DNA from: a virus
Lineage: Duplodnaviria > Caudoviricetes
DNA length: 30,162 nt
Virus record (IMG/VR): IMGVR_UViG_3300032295_002696
Span: 1-30,162 of that record
Direction: 5' to 3' (one strand)
Shown here: positions 25,752 to 30,162 of the stretch, piece by piece
Layout of the letters: each line of letters starts with the position of its first letter
How positions within the stretch are numbered: the stretch's first letter is position 1
Made by a program: the position numbers and the translations under genes
The notes under the pieces: model-generated
What the model was told of the DNA's origin: nothing
What the model saw: the letters and a program-made list of their open reading frames with translations, nothing else
The model's database searches: none

Positions 25752-25907
25752 TCATCTAGAATACTGATCTATTATGAATAGTACTTCATTCAAGTACCTT
25801 TCGGCAACTTGTTTTGAATAATGATCACAATTTTCATTGTACAAATCATTTTTTAATTTTAAAACTCTAATTTGCATTTCTTGTTTAGTCAATGCATTTC
25901 TTGGCAT
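25752..25907 (-). CDS. Small hypothetical protein (51 aa, not in ORF track)
   Basis: MPRNALTKQEMQIRVLKLKNDLYNENCDHYSKQVAERYLNEVLFIIDQYSR*; follows a late promoter. Confidence 0.7.
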   Translation of the reverse strand: MPRNALTKQEMQIRVLKLKNDLYNENCDHYSKQVAERYLNEVLFIIDQYSR

Positions 25908-25925
25908 AATAATTCCGCGACCAAA

Positions 25926-25933
25926 TATTTATA
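25926..25933 (-). promoter_or_regulatory. T4-type late promoter TATAAATA
   Basis: Exact consensus 18 bp upstream of ATG 25907. Confidence 0.75.
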
Positions 25934-25992
25934 AATTATCGTGCGAGGAGTTTTTACCGGGAAAATTTTTACCCCCAAAATCAAGCCAAAAG

Positions 25993-26133
25993 CTAATTTT
26001 GATTTTTCTTTTTACAGGCATCACGAGCATATGCCCTTGCCATACTATCTACATTGGAACAGGGTTTACCAGACTCTCCACAATAAGGACACTTAGCATC
26101 TAGTGGATCGTTAGGGTACTTAAACTTACTCAT
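25993..26133 (-). CDS. Small Cys-rich protein (46 aa, not in ORF track)
   Basis: MSKFKYPNDPLDAKCPYCGESGKPCSNVDSMARAYARDACKKKNQN*; ATGA overlap with the upstream stop. Confidence 0.65.
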   Translation of the reverse strand: MSKFKYPNDPLDAKCPYCGESGKPCSNVDSMARAYARDACKKKNQN

Positions 26134-26435
26134 ATCCTCACAGGTTCTCCCTGACCCTCTGACAGTTTGATCTGAGGGAGTTTATCGGGTTCACGAACTT
26201 CCCAAGAACCACCAACTCCACCATCCATATTCACGACGATTTCATTAGTCGGAAGTGCCTTTGGAATTTCTACATCAATAACTTCACCCATCAGAAACTT
26301 ATTGCGAGTATAAGTTCTGTTCTGTGGATCCAAAGCAACCATTGCAAGAGCATCTTGTTCATCACCACAATCTAAAAGTTTCTTCCCAGTTTTTTTATTC
26401 AGAACTGAAAAGTATTCTTCATTGTATTTTTTCAT
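26130..26435 (-). CDS. Hypothetical cyanophage protein
   Basis: 101-aa ORF, tight packing. Confidence 0.75.
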   Translation of the reverse strand: MKKYNEEYFSVLNKKTGKKLLDCGDEQDALAMVALDPQNRTYTRNKFLMGEVIDVEIPKALPTNEIVVNMDGGVGGSWEVREPDKLPQIKLSEGQGEPVRI

Positions 26436-26436
26436 T

Positions 26437-26643
26437 TTAAAATCCTTTGCTTTTTGGTTTTGGTTCTTTGTGATCTAACACTTCAACATGTCCTAGAAGT
26501 TGATTTGGAGTTTGAAACCAAGTTCTTTGAACATCTTCATAGTTATCAAAGGTGACAGATTTTCCATTGGCAAAAATTACTTTATAATCATGACGAATAT
26601 AAGGTTCATCAGATGTTTGTTTAAATGATTCAATTTCTGTCAT
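26437..26643 (-). CDS. Hypothetical cyanophage protein
   Basis: 68 aa ending KSKGF. Confidence 0.75.
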   Translation of the reverse strand: MTEIESFKQTSDEPYIRHDYKVIFANGKSVTFDNYEDVQRTWFQTPNQLLGHVEVLDHKEPKPKSKGF

Positions 26644-26881
26644 TCTTCATGATGATAAGTTTTCCAAGTATTAAACCGTACACCAATTCTTTAGTACTTC
26701 CTTTAGATTCTTTAACTTTTTCTCTTGTAATAACAATCAATTCATTCAGTTCTTCTTCATTCAGGTTCCAGTTAGTAATATTATGTTCAGTTACTTGCAT
26801 TTTCTTCATCGGTATATAAAGTTGTGGCCAAGTGTCTCTAATAATTTCTGATAGTTTGTAAGGTGTTTCTGAATTAATCAT
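26630..26881 (-). CDS. Hypothetical protein
   Basis: Likely start MINSETPYKL at 26881; the longer track start overlaps psbD and the terminator. Confidence 0.6.
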   Translation of the reverse strand: MINSETPYKLSEIIRDTWPQLYIPMKKMQVTEHNITNWNLNEEELNELIVITREKVKESKGSTKELVYGLILGKLIIMKNDRN

Positions 26882-26882
26882 T

Positions 26883-26906
26883 AAAAAAGGAGGGTTTCCC
26901 CCTCCT
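26883..26906 (-). terminator. Rho-independent terminator after psbD
   Basis: AGGAGGG-GGAAA-CCCTCCT followed by a T-tract. Confidence 0.8.
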
Positions 26907-26912
26907 AGTATA

Positions 26913-27974
26913 TTACAGAGCATTACCTCTAGGCAAGACCTCTTCTGGGAACACAAAGTTCTCATGAGGTTGATCTACTGGAGCCATCCAGGCGCGTAAG
27001 CCTTCGTTAAGAAGCACATTCTTTGTATAGAAGGTTTCAAACTCAGGATCTTCAGCGGCACGAATCTCCTGACTCACAAAGTCATATGCTCTTAGATTAA
27101 GAGCAAGACCAATAATGCCAATAGAAGAGATCCAAAGACCCATGACAGGGACAAATAACATAAAGAAATGAAGCCAACGCTTATTGCTAAAGGCAATACC
27201 AAAGATCTGAGACCAATATCTGTTGGCAGTAACCATCGAATAGGTCTCTTCTTCTTGAGTTGGTTCAAACGCTTTGAAAGTGTTTGCTTTTTCGCCATCT
27301 TCATACAGTGTATTCTCTACAGTTGCTCCGTGAATAGCACAGAGTAGTGCTCCTCCTAGTATACCAGCAACTCCCATCATATGGAAGGGATTGAGTGTCC
27401 AGTTGTGGAAACCCTGAAGAAACAGAAGGAACCTGAAGATAGCAGCAACACCAAATGAAGGTGCAAAGAACCAACTGGACTGGCCCAGTGGGTACATCAA
27501 AAACACAGAAACAAATACTGCAATAGGACCAGAGAATGCAATTGCATTATAAGGACGAATACCCACCAGACGAGCAATCTCAAACTGACGCAACATGAAA
27601 CCTATAAGAGCGAAGGCTCCGTGGAGCGCCACAAAAGGCCAGAGTCCCCCAAGTTGGACCCAGCGGACGAAATCCCCTTGAGACTCAGGACCCCAAAGTA
27701 GAAGAAGAGAATGACCCATAGCGTCAGCAGGAGTTGACACTGCTGCTGTAAGAAAATTGCAACCCTCAAGGTAAGAAGACGCAATCCCGTGGGTGTACCA
27801 GCTCGTAGCAAACGTTGTGCCAGTAAGCCAACCACCAAGCGCAAGATAAGCAGTGGGAAAAAGAAGTAATCCAGACCAACCCACAAAGACAAAGCGATCT
27901 CGTTTAAGCCAGTCATCCAAGACATCAAACCATCCTCTCTGTGAAATAGGTTGTGAAAGTGTAGATGAAACCAT
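26913..27974 (-). CDS. psbD: Photosystem II reaction centre protein D2
   Basis: [23 protein letters not shown]...[10 protein letters not shown]; GGAGG Shine-Dalgarno at 27981-27985. Confidence 0.99.
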   Translation of the reverse strand: MVSSTLSQPISQRGWFDVLDDWLKRDRFVFVGWSGLLLFPTAYLALGGWLTGTTFATSWYTHGIASSYLEGCNFLTAAVSTPADAMGHSLLLLWGPESQGDFVRWVQLGGLWPFVALHGAFALIGFMLRQFEIARLVGIRPYNAIAFSGPIAVFVSVFLMYPLGQSSWFFAPSFGVAAIFRFLLFLQGFHNWTLNPFHMMGVAGILGGALLCAIHGATVENTLYEDGEKANTFKAFEPTQEEETYSMVTANRYWSQIFGIAFSNKRWLHFFMLFVPVMGLWISSIGIIGLALNLRAYDFVSQEIRAAEDPEFETFYTKNVLLNEGLRAWMAPVDQPHENFVFPEEVLPRGNAL

Positions 27975-27990
27975 TTATATCCTCCGAAAT

Positions 27991-28014
27991 AAAAAGGGGA
28001 TCCGAAGATCCCCC
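27991..28014 (-). terminator. cUUCGg tetraloop hairpin with U-tract between psbA and psbD
   Basis: GGGGATC-TTCG-GATCCCC-TTTTT. Confidence 0.8.
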
Positions 28015-28034
28015 CAATGAACTTTTGGTTTAGA

Positions 28035-29114
28035 TCAACCGATTGTTGGTGCAATGAGAGCAACAGGAGTGTTCTCAGCAGCGGCAAGATCAAGAGGGAA
28101 GTTGTGAGCATTGCGCTCGTGCATCACCTCTAGGCCAAGTCCAGCACGGTTCAGAACATCAGCCCAGGTATTCAACACACGACCCTGACCATCAATGATG
28201 GACTGGTTGAAGTTGAAGCCGTTGAGGTTAAAGGCCATCGTGGAAACACCAAGAGCGGTGAACCAGATACCTACAACAGGCCAAGCGGCGAGGAAGAAGT
28301 GAAGTGAACGAGAGTTGTTGAAAGATGCGTATTGGAAGATCAATCGTCCGAAGTATCCGTGAGCGGCAACGATGTTGTATGTCTCTTCTTCTTGTCCGAA
28401 CTTGTATCCATAGTTCTGGGACTCATTCTCTGTCGTCTCACGGACGAGAGAAGAGGTGACAAGAGATCCGTGCATAGCAGAGAAAAGAGAACCACCGAAG
28501 ACACCAGCAACTCCCAACATGTGGAAAGGATGCATAAGAATGTTGTGTTCTGCCTGGAAAACAAGCATGTAGTTGAAAGTTCCCGAAATCCCAAGAGGCA
28601 TTGCGTCAGAGAAGGATCCTTGACCAAAGGGATAGACCAGGAACACTGCAGAAGCAGCAGCAACGGGTGCGCTGTAAGCAACACAAATCCAAGGACGCAT
28701 ACCAAGTCGGTAAGAAAGTTCCCATTCACGGCCCATATAAGCATAGATACCAATCAGAAAGTGGAAGACAACAAGTTGGAAAGGACCACCGTTGTAAAGC
28801 CACTCATCTAGGGAAGCAGCTTCCCAGATGGGGTAAAAGTGCAGTCCAATAGCGTTGGACGAAGGAACGACAGCACCAGAGATGATGTTGTTTCCGTACA
28901 TGAGTGAACCAGCAACGGGTTCACGAATACCATCAATGTCCACAGGGGGAGCACCGATGAATGCGATGATGAAACAGGTTGTAGCAGCAAGTAGGCAAGG
29001 AATCATCAAAACTCCGAACCAACCAACATAAAGACGGTTGTTCGTTGAAGTAACCCAGTTGCAGAACTGTTCCCAAGTATTCGATTGTTGACGTGAAGCG
29101 ATTGAAGCAGTCAT
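28035..29114 (-). CDS. psbA: Photosystem II reaction centre protein D1
   Basis: [14 protein letters not shown]...[14 protein letters not shown]; 359 aa, uninterrupted. Confidence 0.99.
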   Translation of the reverse strand: MTASIASRQQSNTWEQFCNWVTSTNNRLYVGWFGVLMIPCLLAATTCFIIAFIGAPPVDIDGIREPVAGSLMYGNNIISGAVVPSSNAIGLHFYPIWEAASLDEWLYNGGPFQLVVFHFLIGIYAYMGREWELSYRLGMRPWICVAYSAPVAAASAVFLVYPFGQGSFSDAMPLGISGTFNYMLVFQAEHNILMHPFHMLGVAGVFGGSLFSAMHGSLVTSSLVRETTENESQNYGYKFGQEEETYNIVAAHGYFGRLIFQYASFNNSRSLHFFLAAWPVVGIWFTALGVSTMAFNLNGFNFNQSIIDGQGRVLNTWADVLNRAGLGLEVMHERNAHNFPLDLAAAENTPVALIAPTIG

Positions 29115-29125
29115 TTGTTTAAAAG

Positions 29126-29235
29126 AGTAGTAAGACCATCAGGGAAATGGTGGTTATACTATTCCCCCGCCACCCTCAGGCGGGGTATGAGAGACGTAGT
29201 TTATACACCCTATAGGTCTCGGTTTGCGGGGTGTG
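29126..29235 (-). ncRNA. Structured psbA 5' leader, probably the PhotoRC-II RNA motif
   Basis: Interleaved helices ACACCC/GGGTGT and GAGAC/GTCTC; hairpins CCCCGCC-TGAGGGT-GGCGGGG and ACCAT-TTCCCTG-ATGGT; directly upstream of phage psbA. Confidence 0.7.
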
Positions 29236-29278
29236 ATCAATGTTAAGAATTATGAGGAATTCGTAACATTTGTTTACC

Positions 29279-29312
29279 TATTTATCATACTACGGTTTCC
29301 AATAGTAGTCAA
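29279..29312 (-). promoter_or_regulatory. Composite psbA promoter: sigma70-type plus overlapping late-like element
   Basis: TTGACT-17 bp-TATGAT, with ATAAATA overlapping the -10. Confidence 0.75.
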
Positions 29313-29317
29313 GAGCC

Positions 29318-29348
29318 AAAAAAAAAATCCCCCTTTCGGGGGGGGGGA
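29318..29348 (-). terminator. Rho-independent terminator after the peroxiredoxin gene
   Basis: CCCCC-GAAA-GGGGG hairpin followed by A and ten T. Confidence 0.8.
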
Positions 29349-29350
29349 GA

Positions 29351-29887
29351 TCAGACAACCACTGCAGGAGTGGAAGACTTCACATATTCCAAAAGTTTTT
29401 CTGGAGTTGACCACTCATAAGGATCTTCCGAAGCATTATCTTCTTTACCATCTTCCATAAAGATCTGTTCAATCACACCGTCATTGATGACGGCTGCATA
29501 ACGCCAGGAACGCATTGCAAAACCAAGATTAAACTTTTTCACAAGCATACCCATAGCATCAGTGAACTCACCGTTACCATCAGGAATCAGTTTAACATTT
29601 GAGATCATTTGATCTTTAGCCCATGCATTCATAACAAAAGCATCGTTGACAGACAGACAATAGATTTCATCAATACCTGCTTCTTTAAATTCATAGTACT
29701 TCTCTTCATAACCAGGAAGTTGATAAGAACTACAAGTAGGAGTGAAAGCACCAGGAAGTGCAAACAGAACTACTTTCTTTCCGTTGAAGAGTTCTTCACT
29801 TGAACGAGTCACAAACTCGCCGTCTTCACGAAACATAAAGTCCACTGAGGGGACTGTGGATTTTTCTTCGGGTGCAAGTTGAGGCAT
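29351..29887 (-). CDS. Peroxiredoxin (type II / PRX5-like, Redoxin family)
   Basis: LFALPGAFTPTCS peroxidatic Cys motif, SVNDAFVMNAW, PDGNGEFT, RSWRYA. Confidence 0.95.
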   Translation of the reverse strand: MPQLAPEEKSTVPSVDFMFREDGEFVTRSSEELFNGKKVVLFALPGAFTPTCSSYQLPGYEEKYYEFKEAGIDEIYCLSVNDAFVMNAWAKDQMISNVKLIPDGNGEFTDAMGMLVKKFNLGFAMRSWRYAAVINDGVIEQIFMEDGKEDNASEDPYEWSTPEKLLEYVKSSTPAVVV

Positions 29888-29891
29888 AATT

Positions 29892-30059
29892 TTAATTTCT
29901 TTTACTAGTGTTTTGAATTACAATAAACTTATCTTTGGGAAGAGTACCAGCGATACAAACTTTTAATTGATCGTCAGCGTCCCAGTCACCAGATTCTACC
30001 AAATTTTGTAGGGCAATAGAAAGTTGCCCCAACATATCGTGATGTTTATGTTCTGTCAC
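29892..30059 (-). CDS. Small hypothetical protein (55 aa, not in ORF track)
   Basis: GTG start overlapping the hli stop (GTGA); ...MLGQLSIALQNLVESGDWDADDQLKVCIAGTLPKDKFIVIQNTSKRN*. Confidence 0.65.
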   Translation of the reverse strand: MTEHKHHDMLGQLSIALQNLVESGDWDADDQLKVCIAGTLPKDKFIVIQNTSKRN

Positions 30060-30162
30060 CACACACCAGGAATGATTTGTCCAGTGGTGAGATAAGCACC
30101 AACAGCTGCAACGAATCCAATCATTGCAAGACGAGCATTGAGGATCTCTGCCTCAGGGGTAA
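30056..30162 (-). CDS. hli: High-light-inducible protein (5' end outside the window)
   Basis: TPEAEILNARLAMIGFVAAVGAYLTTGQIIPGVW*: ExxNxRxAMxG chlorophyll-binding motif and TGQIIPG tail. Confidence 0.95.
   Translation of the reverse strand, partial: TPEAEILNARLAMIGFVAAVGAYLTTGQIIPGVW

Noticed and set aside
26907-26936. Promoter-like TTGCCT-18 bp-TATACT at the end of psbD
   Set aside because: Suboptimal spacing, mostly within conserved coding sequence, and a start site would fall in the terminator hairpin; too weak to call
27602-28111. 169-aa alternative-frame ORF spanning the psbA end, spacer and psbD start
   Set aside because: Overlaps two conserved genes and reads through a terminator; Leu-rich off-frame composition
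28332-28852. Plus-strand ORFs antisense to psbA (159 aa and 83 aa)
   Set aside because: Shadow frames expected from the codon bias and higher GC of psbA; no recognisable motifs
28035-29114. Group I intron or homing endonuclease at psbA, as in some cyanophages
   Set aside because: psbA is an uninterrupted 359-codon ORF and the psbA-psbD spacer is only 60 bp
29318-29347. A10 and G10 homopolymers as phase-variation tracts
   Set aside because: Both belong to an intergenic terminator; the extra G length may be slippage or sequencing error and affects no reading frame
565-29803. Remaining short plus-strand ORFs in the track (e.g. 1496, 2943, 4775, 9387, 18132, 19156, 23703, 25837, 29224)
   Set aside because: All overlap better-supported minus-strand genes or regulatory regions and show no protein motifs
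1-30162. CRISPR array, IS elements and rRNA
   Set aside because: No regularly spaced repeats, transposase motifs or rRNA-like sequence seen by eye

Overview
This window is from a T4-like cyanophage (cyanomyovirus) genome; almost every gene is on the minus strand. The assignment rests on psbA, psbD, a partial hli, a peroxiredoxin, a tRNA-Ala, T4-type late promoters (TATAAATA), sigma70-type promoters and many small tightly packed ORFs. About 20 kb (2059-22251) is an AT-rich accessory island of modification enzymes around two short tail-fibre/collar-like genes. The left module holds a carbamoyltransferase, an StrB1-like amidinotransferase, a shortened DegT aminotransferase, four GT25-like glycosyltransferases and 2OG-Fe(II) oxygenases. 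The right module holds an RmlB-like dehydratase, two radical SAM enzymes with N-terminal SPASM/twitch domains, five possible sulfotransferase/P-loop-like proteins, a ferritin-like diiron protein and a methyltransferase. The best candidate for an undescribed system is a phage pathway making a guanidino/carbamoyl amino-sugar or aminocyclitol decoration, possibly for virion fibres or the host surface. The methyltransferase is the only credible plus-strand gene and looks like an inverted cassette that keeps its reading frame in either orientation. All product calls come from motif recognition by eye; no database searches were run.
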